DNA from: Eledone cirrhosa
Lineage: Eukaryota
NCBI GenBank assembly: GCA_964016885.1
Contig: OZ024763.1
Location: 2,294,001-2,358,000, forward strand
Length of the DNA stretch: 64,000 nucleotides
Direction: 5' to 3'
The notes under the pieces were generated by a model. That model was not told the DNA's origin, ran no database searches, and was given only the letters and a program-made list of their open reading frames with translations. Position numbers and translations under genes: made by a program. Of the stretch, positions 25,141-38,204 are shown piece by piece (the first letter of the stretch is position 1; each line of letters starts with the position of its first letter).

Positions 25141-25304
25141 AGGAGGAGGAGATGGTGGTGGTGGTGGTGGTGGTGGTGGTAGAATGAAGTGAGACAACAA
25201 TGTTAGTGGCTAGATCCAAACAGATGTGGTCAATAAGTGAGTGACATAATGTGACTGGCTGCAACACAACTTTAGCAACTTTCATTCATGGTAACTTGAT
25301 AGTG

Positions 25305-26228
25305 AAACACACCACACCACTGTCACTACACCACTACACTACACCACACCACACCACCACATCACCACACTACACAACACCACACCACAGTCACTACACC
25401 ACTACACTACACCACATCACCACATCACCACACTACACTGTCACTACACCACTACACTACACCACACCACCACATCACCACTACATCACCACTACACTAC
25501 ACCACCACATCACCACACTACACAACACTGTCACTACACCACTACACTACACCACACCACCACATCACCACACCACTACACCACCACACTACACAACACC
25601 ACACCACTGTCACTACACCACTACACTACACCACACCACCACATCACCACACTACACAACACTGTCACTACACCACTACACTACACCACCACATCGCCAC
25701 TACATCACCACACTACACAACACCACACCACACCACTGTCACTACACCACTACACTACACCACACCACCACATCACCACTACATCACCACACTACACAAC
25801 ACCACACCACTGTCACTACACCACTACACTACACCACACCACCACATCACCACTACATCACCACACTACACAACACCACACCACTGTCACTACACCACTA
25901 CACTACATCACCACATCACCACTACATCACCACACTACACAACACCACACCACTGTCACTACACCACTACACTACACAACACCACACCACCAACCCCACA
26001 CCCACTACATCACCACTACATTACACTACACAACACCACACCACTGTCACTACACAACACCACACCACCAACCCCACACCCACTACATCACCACTACATT
26101 ACACTACACAACACCACACCACTGTCACTACACCACCACTACACAACACCACACCACCAACACCACCAACAGAAACATCACCAACATCACCAACACCACC
26201 ACCATCACCACCACCACCACCACCAATA
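25305..26228. repeat. CAC/CTA low-complexity tract
   Basis: Visible. Confidence 0.9.
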
Positions 26229-26645
26229 ATGGTTTCTGATTTAAGCACAAGGCCAGCAATTTGGGGAGAGAAAGAGATTGTCGATTAAATTGACCCAGTA
26301 CATTACTGGTACTTTATTTTATCAACCCTTTAGTGATGAAAGACAAAGTTAACCTCAGCGGGATTTGAACTCCGAACGTAAAGGGTCACAACTCTATGCC
26401 GCGTAGCATGTTGTCCGACGCTCTACCGATACTGTCAATCTATCAACAATAATAATAATTGTTTCTACTTTTGGCACAAGGCCAGCAATAACCCCAGTGT
26501 ATTACTGGTACTTTATTTTATCGACCCCGTAAGGATGAAAGGCAAAGTCAACCTCTGCGGGATTTGAACTCAGAACGTAAAGGGCCGTAACTCTGTGCTG
26601 CGAAGCATGGTGTCCGACGCTCTACCGAGATTCTGTAAATTTATC
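26228..26645 (-). mobile_element. Two tandem copies of SINE family C
   Basis: Two copies of TACTGGTACTTTATTTTATC..GGGATTTGAACTC (26228-26445, 26455-26645). Confidence 0.85.
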
Positions 26646-26734
26646 AATAATAATATTTACCAAATATCACCCCCCCCCCCCCCCCCCGTCTCTGTTGTCT
26701 TAATAACTACATCTTGACTATTGTCATAGTTGTA

Positions 26735-28160
26735 GCAGTAGCTACTGCAATACTACTGCTGCTCATACTACTGCTGATACTACTGCTAATACTACTGCTA
26801 ATACTACTGCGACTATTGCTAATACTACTGCTACTACTACTGGTACTACTGCTACTACTGCTACTACTACTACTGCTACTAATACTGCTGCTAATACTAC
26901 TGCTGATACTACTGCTAATACTACTGCTAATACTACTGGTACTACTGCTACTACTGCTACTACTGCTACTACTGCTACTACTGCTACTACTGCTGATACT
27001 ACTGCTGCTAATACTACTGCTGATAACTGCTAATACTACTGCTACTGCTACTACTGCTACTACTGCTACTAATACTGCTACTACTACTGCTGTTGCTACT
27101 ATTGCTGCTACTACTACTGCTGCTGCTAATACCACTACTACTGCTACTGTTACTATTACTGCTGCTACTACTACAGCTACTACTTGTACTGTTACTACTA
27201 CTACTACCCTCCTACCGCTACAGCTACCGACATTGCTGTCTATTGCTACTACTACTGCATTCCTACTGCTGTTGCTGTCTTGCTAATGCTGTTGCTATTA
27301 CTACTGACCCTACTGCTGAAATTCCACTGCAGTCTGTTGCTGTTTCCTACTGTAATTCTGCTGCAGTCTGTTGCTGTTATCACTACCACTACTACTGCAA
27401 TTCCACTGCTGTTGCTGTTATCACTACCACTACTACTGCAATTCCACTGCTGTTGCTGTTATCACTACCACTACTACTGCAATTCCACTGCTGTTGCTGT
27501 TATCACTACCACTACTACTGCAATTCCACTGCTGTTGCTGTTATCACTACCACTACTACTGCAATTCCACTGCTGTTGCTGTTATCACTACCACTACTAC
27601 TGCAATTCCACTGCTGTTGCTGTTATCACGACCACTACTACTGTAGTTCTACTGTTGTTGCTGTTACTACTACCACTACTACTGCAATTCCACTGCAGTC
27701 TATTGCTACCACCGCTACTGTTACTACTACTACTACTACTACTATTGCTGCAATTCCATTGCAGTCTGTTGCTGTCACCACTACTGCTGCTACTGCACTT
27801 CTACTGCTGTCTGTTGCTACCGCTACAGCTACTACTGCTGATGATAGTACAGCTACTACTACTACGGCTATTACTGTCACCACTGCCACTACTACTGCAA
27901 TTCTACTGCAGTCTGTTGCTGTTGCTACTACTGCTGCCGCTACTACTGTCACCACTACCACTACTACTGCAATTCTACTGCAGTCTGTTGCTGTTGCTAC
28001 TACTGCTGCCGCTACTACTGTCACCACTACCACTACTACTGCAATTCTACTGCAGTCTGTTGCTACTACTGCCACTACTACTACAGCTACTGTTGCTACC
28101 ACCACTACTACTACTACTACAGCTACTGTTGCTACCGCTGTTGCAGCTACTGTTGCTGCC
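26735..28160. repeat. (CTA/CTG)n tract including a 41-bp minisatellite (about 27370-27645)
   Basis: GCAATTCCACTGCTGTTGCTGTTATCACTACCACTACTACT about 6 times; unit is not a multiple of 3. Confidence 0.9.
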
Positions 28161-28289
28161 AGTGTTTGTGTACATTCCCTCACAACAGAGTCTTCAGAGC
28201 AGGTGGCTGTTTCTGTTTGCTTAGGAATGTCGGCTTGGCAGAAGAAGAAGGAGAACGAAAAGACGGAGAAGGAGGAGGAGAAGAAGAAA

Positions 28290-28845
28290 GAAGCAAAGAC
28301 AGATATGAGAAAGGAGAGTTTGTCATTCTACGGTTCTCTAATGACAATGAAAACTAACTTGGACTCTAGTTCCTGTCTTGAAATTACGATATAAACCTCT
28401 AGAATTATCTGTCTTTGTAGGGGTCAAATCCTATATAATTTTGTAGGGGTCAAATCCTATATGAAGGAGAAAAAGAAGAAGGAAGCGAAGGATAAAATGA
28501 AGGAGAGTTTGTCACTCTACATTTCTCTATGACAATTAAAACTAACTTAAACTCTAGTTCCTTCCTTTCTTTAAATATATAGACCTCTAGAATTATCTTT
28601 ATTTGTAGGGGTCAAATCCTATATAATTTTGTAGGGGTCAAATCCTATATGAAGGAGAAAAAGAAGGAAGCGAAGAAAAATATGAGAAAGGAGAGTTTGT
28701 CATTCTACAGTTATTTATGACAATGAAAACTAACTTGGACTCTAGCTCCTTCCTTTCTTGAAATTACGATATAAACCTCTAGAATTATTTTTATTTTTTA
28801 GGGGTCAAATTTTTATATATTTTGTAGGGGTCAACTCCTATATAT
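28290..28845. repeat. ~190-bp tandem repeat, 3 diverged copies
   Basis: AAGGAGAGTTTGTCA..CCTCTAGAATTAT..GGGGTCAAAT recurs three times. Confidence 0.85.
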
Positions 28846-28852
28846 TTGCCAG

Positions 28853-28960
28853 CCCCTTCTGTTATTGTTTTTACCTATAAACTTGAAGCGACCCTTTCAT
28901 ATCGTCCTTATATCGTCATCCGCCCATTTTACTATAGTACTAAATATTTTGATAACACAG
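28853..28960 (+). CDS. Candidate 108-nt phase 1-1 exon (PSVIVFTYKLEATLSYRPYIVIRPFYYSTKYFDNT), product unknown
   Basis: tttgccAG|..aacacag|GTAAGC, open frame, length is a multiple of 3. Confidence 0.35.
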
Positions 28961-29175
28961 GTAAGCTAAATTTATATTGTATTATATTATATTATATTGT
29001 TGTTGTTGTTGTTTATATTGTTGTTGTTTTGTAAGGGGTGGGGTGGGGGGTCTAATTCTTTATATTTTCTTTTCCCCCACCCCCCTGCATACACACGTGT
29101 TGTTGTTGTTGTCGTCTCTATCATACACAACACCCCCTCCTAAACCCTCACTCTCTACGTTGTGCTTATATTGTG

Positions 29176-29548
29176 CTATTACTACTACAACCACCACTAC
29201 TACAACCACCACCACCACTACTACAACCACCACCACCACTACTACTACAACCACCACTATTACTACTACTACCACCACTATTACTACTACTACAACCACC
29301 ACTATCACTACTACAACCAGCACTACTACTATAACCACTATTACCACCACCATCACTGCTACAACTACCACTATTACCACCACCACCACTACTACTACAA
29401 CCACCACTACTACAACCACCACTACTACAACCACCACTACTACTACTACAACCACCACCACCACCACCACTACTACAACCTAGTACAACTACCACTATTA
29501 CCACCACCACCACCACCACTATCACTACCACACATTCTCCTAACACAG
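29176..29548 (+). pseudogene. Thr-rich (mucin-like) exon-like segment with 1-nt frameshift
   Basis: ACN codon run ending ..TITTTHSPNT(G)|GTAAGCTAAA, same donor context as 28961; acceptor reads TG rather than AG; may be only an (ACC/ACT)n microsatellite. Confidence 0.25.
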
Positions 29549-29639
29549 GTAAGCTAAACTTTCTAGTTTCATTCATTCAGATTTATTCATTCATTCTTCA
29601 TTCATTCACAGTCAGTCAGTCTGACTACTATATCAACAA

Positions 29640-31172
29640 ATACACACTCACACCTTCACACACATACACACACACACACCTTCACGCACATACACACACA
29701 TACACACATACACACACACCTTCACACACATACACACCTTCACAGACGTTCACACATACACACACACACCTTCACACACACACACACACGTTCACACATA
29801 CACACACGTTCACACATACACACACACACGTTCACACACACACACCTTCACACACATACACACCTTCACACACACACACACGTTCACACATACACACACC
29901 TTCACACACGTTCACACACACACACACGTTCACACACACACCTTCACACACACACACCTTCACATATACACACACACACCTTCACACATATACACACATA
30001 CACACCTTCACACATATACACACTTTTGCACATTTACACGCACACACATACATACATTTACACACACATATACACATTTACGCACATTTACACACACATA
30101 TACACATTTACGCACATTTACACACACATACACACACGTTCACACATATACACTCTTGTGCACATTTACACTCACACACATACATACATTTACACACACA
30201 TATACACATTTACACACACACGTTCACACATATACACACACACGTTCACACAAATAGCCCCCCCCCCCCCACACACACACACGTTCACACATATACACAC
30301 TTGTGCACATATGCACACACACACACACATGCATTTACACACACATTTACTCACACATATACACACACGCACACATTTACACACACATACACACATACAC
30401 ACACTAAAGTAAAGTAAGGAACAATATTAGTCACCTAAACACAACACATACACACGCGTACACATACACACGTGTCCTCACACACAGACACACATGCACT
30501 TGTGTACTCACACAGACACACAGACACACAGACATGTACATACACACGCGTGTACAGACACACACACAGACAGACATGCACATGCACGCAGACACACAGT
30601 GCACACTCAAACACGTGGTGTACACAGACATACACACAGACACAGACACACACATACACAGACACACACACATACACACAGACACACACACACACTGTGC
30701 TACTACTACAACTAAAGTTGATTCATCTTTTTTTATTTATACTCTCTCTCTCTCTCTCTCTCTCTCCAACTCTCCCTTTCTCTGTCTGTCTATCATCCGG
30801 CTTTCTCTCTCTTTCTCCCTCACCCCCTCTCTCTTTCGCTCTCTTTCTCTCTTTCTCTTTCTCTCTTTCTCTTTCTCTCTTTCTCTTTCTCTCGAAAAAC
30901 TGGTGATGATTATTTATTTCTCTCTCTCCAACCCTCTCTCTGTCTGTTTCTCTCTCTCTATTGGAAAACAGGGATGATGATGATGATAACTCTTTCTCCC
31001 TTTTCCTCTACCTCTTTCTCTCTCTCCCTCTCTCCCTCTACCTCTCCATCTACCCTCTACCTCTCTCTCTCTGTCTCTACCTCTCTCTCTCTCTCTCTGT
31101 CTCTCTCTCTGTCTCTCTCTCTATCTTTATTGGTAAACAGTGGCGATGCTAGTGATGGTGATGTTGGGGATG

Positions 31173-31243
<71 letters not shown>

Positions 31244-31487
31244 TTATCAGCAAATGTTGGTGATGCTGGTGGTGGTGGTGGTGGTGGTGGTGGTGGTGGT
31301 GGTGGTGGTGTTGGTGGTGGTAGTGGTGATAGTGATGCTGGTGGTGGTGGTGTTGGTGGTGGTAGTGGTGATAGTGATGCTGGTGGTGGTGGTGGTGGTG
31401 GTGGTGATAGTTCCAATACAATGACATTCCATTACTCACTTTTCTTTATATGTAGATATTGTCAGAAATGTGTCAGTGGTGGTAGCT

Positions 31488-31521
<34 letters not shown>

Positions 31522-31567
31522 CACATATATATATATATATACACACACATATATATACCTCTCTACA

Positions 31568-31604
<37 letters not shown>

Positions 31605-31647
31605 TATACTCTATCTACAATGTATACATATATATACTCTCTCTACA

Positions 31648-31723
<76 letters not shown>

Positions 31724-31830
31724 TCTCTCTCTCTCTCTCTACAACACACACATATATACTCTCTTTCTCTCCTCACATATATATATATACATACTTTCTC
31801 TCTCTACATCACACACACATACATACACAC
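29640..31830. repeat. (CA)n, (CT)n, (GGT)n and (TA)n microsatellite blocks
   Basis: Visible. Confidence 0.9.
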
Positions 31831-32052
31831 AAGTGGTAGTATATATAAGGGATAACAAGTGGTAGTATATATAAGGGATAACATGTGATAGTATATATAT
31901 ATAAGGGATAACAAGTGGTAGTATATATAAGGGATAACATGTGATAGTATATATATATAAGGGATAACAAGTGGTAGTATATATAAGGGATAACAAGTGG
32001 TAGTATATATATATAAGGGATAACATGTGGTAGTATATATATATAAGGGATG
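31830..32052. repeat. ~26-33-bp minisatellite GTGGTAG(TA)nAGGGATAACA
   Basis: About 8 copies. Confidence 0.9.
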
Positions 32053-32335
32053 CAGGTAATCCAGTTAGAGGTTGTGAGTACTCCGTATTGTAGATAGTTT
32101 TAGCGTACGGCGTTGTTTGACTCAACAAGAGGTTTCCTTAGGTGCGACTGTAAGAGTTCTCGGGAGTTCCTGTGTAAGTTAATAGCGTATTTAAAATTGA
32201 GTGACAGAACTTCAAGTGATTAGCAGTCTTTAGACACCCTAATCAATGAAACAATTGTTAATACTGTAAATAAAACCCTTTTGTACTGTTGACCATGTTA
32301 TTCTTCACTCTTTCACTATATATTCTATATATTCA

Positions 32336-32500
32336 TTCTTGAGAAATTATCAGGAATCACCTGATTCCTGATGATTTCTCAAGAAGGAAACAGTTCTAGT
32401 CCTGTAGAATCTTATCAATATTAAAACCTTTATACTCTGCTATGTATTGAGTACCTTACTTACTGTGGTTACCTCCGATTCAACCCGGAATAACTTACCT
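32336..32500 (+). mobile_element. PLE-like element family 6 with short 5' inverted arm
   Basis: Inverted 32336-32359 / 32362-32385; tail recurs inverted at 58212-58290; fragment at 32915-32955. Confidence 0.7.
32363..32411 (+). ncRNA. Type I hammerhead ribozyme motif with true stem III
   Basis: gattc-CTGATGA-tttc tcaa gaag-GAAA-cag ttctagtc ctg-TA-gaatc; predicted GUA cleavage after 32406. Confidence 0.8.
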
Positions 32501-32528
32501 ATATATATATATCTATATATATATATAT

Positions 32529-32822
32529 GCTCAGACTGGGTGATGTGTTGTTTCCTTGAACAAGACACTTTATTTCACATTGCTCCAGTTTACTCAGCTG
32601 TAGAAATGAGATGATAGGGACTGGGGTCCCTATCATTCCACTGTAAAGTGGTCGTGGAGGTGCCACGGCAAAAAAAAGCACCCAGCACTCACTGTAAATG
32701 AGGTTGGTGTTAGGAAGGGCATCCAGCTGTAGAAATCAAGCCAGAATCAGTTCCCGTCCCACCCTTGCAAGCAGGGAAAGGCGGACGTAAAATGAAATGA
32801 TGATGATGATGATGATGATGAT
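32529..32822 (+). mobile_element. SINE family A, 5'-truncated
   Basis: Reverse complement of other copies; (TGA)n tail. Confidence 0.9.
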
Positions 32823-32974
32823 ATATATATATGCTCACACAACCACATGCACGCGTGGAAAAATGGACGTTAAAAACGATGAGGATGATGATATATATAC
32901 ATCATCATTTATATGAAATAGTTCTAGTCCTGTAGAAGCCGTTTCTATATTAAATATATATATATATATAACGA

Positions 32975-33107
32975 AGGAGTTGTGGTAAGGAACCAGATGG
33001 ACCATAACGCACCAGAGTACTCAATACTTAGGGTAGTAGAGTGGGTAATAGGAACAAGTATGACCCCGACGGCAGAGGTCAAGCCGTTTCGACGGCTAAT
33101 TCTGGAC
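32975..33107 (-). mobile_element. PLE-like family 5, long arm only
   Basis: Similar to 18007-18140. Confidence 0.7.
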
Positions 33108-33129
33108 ACACATATATATATATAATATT

Positions 33130-33341
33130 AATGATGGTGATGGTGTTGATATTGGTGATAGTGATGATGATATTGGTGATGGTGATGATGATGGTGGTGA
33201 TATTGGTGATGATGATGGTGTTGTTGATATTGGTGATGGTGATGATGGTGATGGTGTTGATATTGGTGATGATGATGATATTGGTGATGATGATGATGAT
33301 GATGATGGTGTTGATATTGGTGATGGTGATGATGGTGTTGT

Positions 33342-33391
<50 letters not shown>

Positions 33392-33454
33392 GTGATATTG
33401 GTGATGATGATGGTGTTGGTGATGATGGTGTTGATATTGGTGATGATGATGATG

Positions 33455-33485
<31 letters not shown>

Positions 33486-34017
33486 CACATATATAAACCT
33501 TATGCATATATGCATGCATACATACTTATGCATGCATTCACACATATAGACATACATGCAGTATATGTGTGTACACGTATGTGTTTATATATACATAAAA
33601 GTATGTAGTATATATATATATATAAATATATATATATATGTAGTATATATATATTTGTGATTATATATATTGATATATATATATATATATATAGTATATA
33701 TATATATATATATATATTTATTTGTATATATACATATACGTATGTACATATGCATGCATACACAGACACACACACAGACACACATATACACGTAGGTATA
33801 TACACATGTGAGTGTGTATATAAAGAAATATTTCATCTCCCTTACAAACACACATGTTGTTCTCCTGACAGTCTTACCTCCCCCCCCCCCCCCCGCGCCT
33901 GCTTGCCACCCCTCCCCAGCCTCTTCTCCGGCACTACGTCTGCTGTCTGTTTCCTCAGTGATCCCTATCTTTTCTGTCTTCCATCTATAATATATACACA
34001 CACACATATTTATATAT

Positions 34018-34051
<34 letters not shown>

Positions 34052-34055
34052 GCAC

Positions 34056-34101
<46 letters not shown>

Positions 34102-34305
34102 GCGTATATATATATATATACACACATATATATATACACACACACACACATATATATATATATACACAAATATATATATATATATATATAGACACATATA
34201 CACACACACACATATATACACACATATATACACACACATATATGTACACACACACACACATATATATATACACACACACACACATATATATATACTATAT
34301 ATATA
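33130..34305. repeat. (GAT/GGT)n and (CA/TA)n microsatellites with a short unique island (33820-33990)
   Basis: Visible. Confidence 0.85.
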
Positions 34306-34422
34306 CCTCCCTTATTGCAGTTACACAAGCTATCAGCAACGGCTGGTTAACCAGTTTATTGAGGGATCCTTGATGTGGTCAGTCGACATACTAGAAATAG
34401 CAGCTACATTTCTCTTAATTTC

Positions 34423-34459
<37 letters not shown>

Positions 34460-34658
34460 CGGAAGAAATGTGGTAAGGAACCAGGTGGACCATAACGCAC
34501 CAAAGTACTCAATACTTAGGGTAGTAGAGTGGGTAATAGGAACAAGTATGACCCCGACGGCAGAGCTCAAGCCGTTTCGACGGCTAATTCTGGACTAATT
34601 CTTGTCCAGAATTAGCCGTCGAAACGGCTTGAGCTCAGCCGTCGGGGTCCTACTCGTT

Positions 34659-34662
<4 letters not shown>
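34460..34662 (-). mobile_element. Fold-back PLE-like family 5 with non-identical arms
   Basis: Long arm equals the 33.0-kb variant, short arm equals the 18.1-kb variant. Confidence 0.75.
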
Positions 34663-34729
<67 letters not shown>

Positions 34730-34847
34730 AGTGAACAACACAATATATAATAGCATATATATAGAGTAATGTAAATGTTAAAGGGTTAAAGTGTTTATAT
34801 TTATCTATAAACCTCCCATCATAATTTTATGTATCAACTTTTGTTAA

Positions 34848-35086
34848 CCTTTTAATATCTGCTGGAAATTGTCCCTGGTTCTATGATACAAAACAGCTTG
34901 TTTTAAAGTGTTTACATTTATTTAAAGAAACTTTTCATCATAATTTTATGTATAAACCTTTGTTAAGTTATGCTCCAAATATCCACTTAATGAGAAAGTT
35001 AGATATTAAATCCCTCTAAATTCTTGATTATTTTGTTTTGAAAATAAATGGCAGTGTTTTTCATTTGAAACATGTTAGGGAAAGGG
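34848..35086. mobile_element. Degenerate TTAA-flanked (piggyBac-type) MITE
   Basis: TTAA|CCTTTT..AAAGGG|TTAA ends; TIR short and imperfect. Confidence 0.4.
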
Positions 35087-35214
35087 TTAAAGTATTTATG
35101 TTTATCTAAAAACCTTCATCTATATTTTATGTAAGAACCTTTGTTAAGTTATGTTCCAAAAGCTGTTTTAATAATCACAAAGTTATATGACTATATCCTT
35201 GCAAATTCCACATC

Positions 35215-36410
35215 AAGAACAACAACAACAACAGACTCCAACAACAACGCCACTACACCAACAACAACAACAGCAGCAACACAACACTACAACAACAACA
35301 CACTACCCCAACAACAATAACAGCAACACTACATGTACTATACATGCACCTTTGACGAGTTGTAGTGCACCTGAGCACTTTACACAATAATTTCATTATT
35401 ATTATTATATCAACAACAACAGCAACACCACCACAACACTACAACACCACCAACAACACAACACCAACACCACGACCAACAACAACAGCAACACCACCAA
35501 CAACAACACTAACAACACCAGAACACCACAACACAACACCACAACAACACTACAACACCACGACCAACAACAACAGCAACACCACCAACAACAACACTAA
35601 CAACACCAGAACACCACAACACAACACCACACACAACAACACTACAACACCACGACCAACAACAACAGCAACACCACCAACAACAACACTAACAACACAA
35701 TACCACAACAACACTACAACACCACCAACAACAACAACACTAACAACACCACAACAGCACTACATCACCAACAACAACAACACTAACAACACCAACAACA
35801 CTAACAACACCACAACAACACTACAACACCACCAACAACAACAACACTAACAACACCACAACAACACTACAACACCACCAACAACAACAACACTAACAAC
35901 ACCACAACAACACTACACCACCAACAACAACAACACTAACAACACCAACAACACTAACACCACAACAACACTACAACACCACCAACAACAACAACACTAA
36001 CAACACCACAACAACACTACAACACCACCAACAACAACACTACAACACCACCACAACACCAACAACACTACAACACCACCAACAACAACAACACTAACAA
36101 CACCACAACACCACCAACAACAACAACACCTCAACAACACTACAACACCACCACAACACCAACAACACTAACAACACCACCAACAACAACACCACAACAA
36201 CACTACAACACCACCAACAACAACACTACAACACCACCAACAACAACACTACAACACCACCACAACACCAACAACACTAACAACACCACAACAACACTAC
36301 AACACCACCAACAACAACACTACAACACCACCACAACACCAACAACACTAACAACACCACAACACCACAACAACACCACCACCAACAACAACAACACAAC
36401 ACAACATCAT
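35215..36410. repeat. (CAA/CAC)n tract containing a CR1 3'-end fragment at 35332-35408
   Basis: Visible; ATGTACTATACATGCACCTTTGA..ATAATTTCATTATT matches 39675-39750. Confidence 0.9.
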
Positions 36411-36609
36411 AGGTCACAACTCCTGAAAATGATTGAGAAAGATTTTAATTTAAATAGAAACCATTTAAAATGGGGTACGTTTTGATTTATAGAACTATCG
36501 ACCTCCCAGGGGGTCAGGCCGATGTTGAAGTATATATATAGCATGTACTGCCCTACCCCACCTACTGCCATACATCTACCATGAGGACAGGCTGGAGTAT
36601 ACATCCAGT

Positions 36610-37840
36610 GAAGCACCCAGTCCACACTGTAGAGTGGTCATGTAGGTGTCACGACAAAAAGCACCCAGTCCACACTGTAGAGTGGTCATGTAGGTGTCAC
36701 GACAAAAAGCACCCAGTCCACACTGTAAAGTGGTCATGTAGGTGCCATGACAAAAAGCACCCAGTCCACACTGTAGAGTGGTCATGTAGGTGTCACGACA
36801 AAAAGCACCCAGTCCACACTGTAAAGTGGTCATGTAGGTGCCATGACAAAAAGCACCCAGTCCACACTGTAGAGTGGTCATGTAGGTGACACGACAAAGA
36901 GCACCCAGTCCACACTGTAAAGTGGTCATGTAGGTGTCACGACAAAAAGCACCCAGTCCACACTGTAAAGTGTTCACGTAGATGTCACGACAAAAAGCAC
37001 CCAGCCCACACTGTAAAGTGGTCATGTAGGTGGCATGACAAAAAGCACCCAGTCCACACTGTAAAGTGGTCATGTAGGTGTCACGACAAAAAGCACCCAG
37101 TTCACACTGTAAAGTGGTCATGTAGGTGTCACAACAAAAAGCACCCAGCCCACACTGTAAAGTGGTCATGTAGGTGGCATGACAAAAAGCACCCAGCCCA
37201 CACTGTAAAGTGGTCATGTAGGTGGCATGACAAAAAGCACCCAGTCCACACTGTAAAGTTGTCATGTAGGTGTCACGACAAAAAGCACCCAGCCCACACT
37301 GTAAAGTGGTCATGTAGGTGGCATGACAAAAAGCACCCAGTCCACACTGTAAAGTGGTCATGTAGGTGTTACGACAAAAAGCACCCAGTCCACACTGTAA
37401 AGTGGTCATGTAGGTGTCACGACAAAAAGCACCCAGTCCACACTGTAAAGTGGTCATGTAGGTGGCATGACAAAAAGCACCCAGTCCACACTGTAAAGTG
37501 GTCATGTAGGTGTTACGACAAAAAGCACCCAGTCCACACTGTAAAGTGGTCATGTAGGTGTCACGACAAAAAGCACCCAGTCCACACTGTAAAGTGGTCA
37601 TGTAGGTGCCACGACAAAAAGCACCCAGTCCACACTGTAAAGTGGTCATGTAGGTGCCACGACAAAAAGCACCCAGTCCACACTGTAAAGTGGTCATGTA
37701 GGTGACAACAAAGAGCATCCAGTCCACACTATAAGGTGGTCATGTAGGTGACACAACAAAGAGCACCCAGTCCACACTTGTCCCAACTTGTCCAACCCAT
37801 GCTACCATGAAAGAAATGGACATTAAACAGTGATGATCTT
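36610..37840 (+). repeat. 48-bp minisatellite (~24 copies) derived from SINE internal segment, ending in SINE tail
   Basis: GCACCCAGTCCACACTGTAAAGTGGTCATGTAGGTGTCACGACAAAAA; tail CCCATGCTACCATG..GGACATTAAACAGTGATG. Confidence 0.9.
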
Positions 37841-38102
37841 GATTATCATCACCATCATAGCCAGCTGGTGGTGGTGATGGCATTGGTGGTGGTGGTGTTG
37901 GTGGTGGTGGTGGTAGTGGTGGTGGTGGTGGTGTTGGTGTTTCATTGAGTTAGTATTGATATCAAAAGGTTAAAGGTTGTGCCCCAGCATGGCCATGGAC
38001 GCCCATCATACACTGTTCTCTGTTCCTGACATTTCTATATTATTCTATGTACTGTACATACACCTTTGATGAGTTGTAGTGCACCTGAGCACTCTGCCCA
38101 AT

Positions 38103-38200
38103 AGTTTGCCTTTCATCCTTACGGGATCGATAAAGTAAAGTACCAGTAATACACTGGAGTAATTGCTGGCCTTGTGCCAAAAGTAGAAACAATTATTACT
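38103..38200 (+). mobile_element. SINE family C 3' fragment
   Basis: TTTGCCTTTCATCCTTACGGGATCGATAAAGTAAAGTACCAG..CCAAAAGTAGAAACAATTATT. Confidence 0.8.
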
Positions 38201-38204
38201 ATAT

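Noticed and set aside
26735-28394. Thr/Ala-rich mucin-like coding exon
   Set aside because: The internal 41-bp unit shifts frame every copy; no consistent frame or splice boundaries
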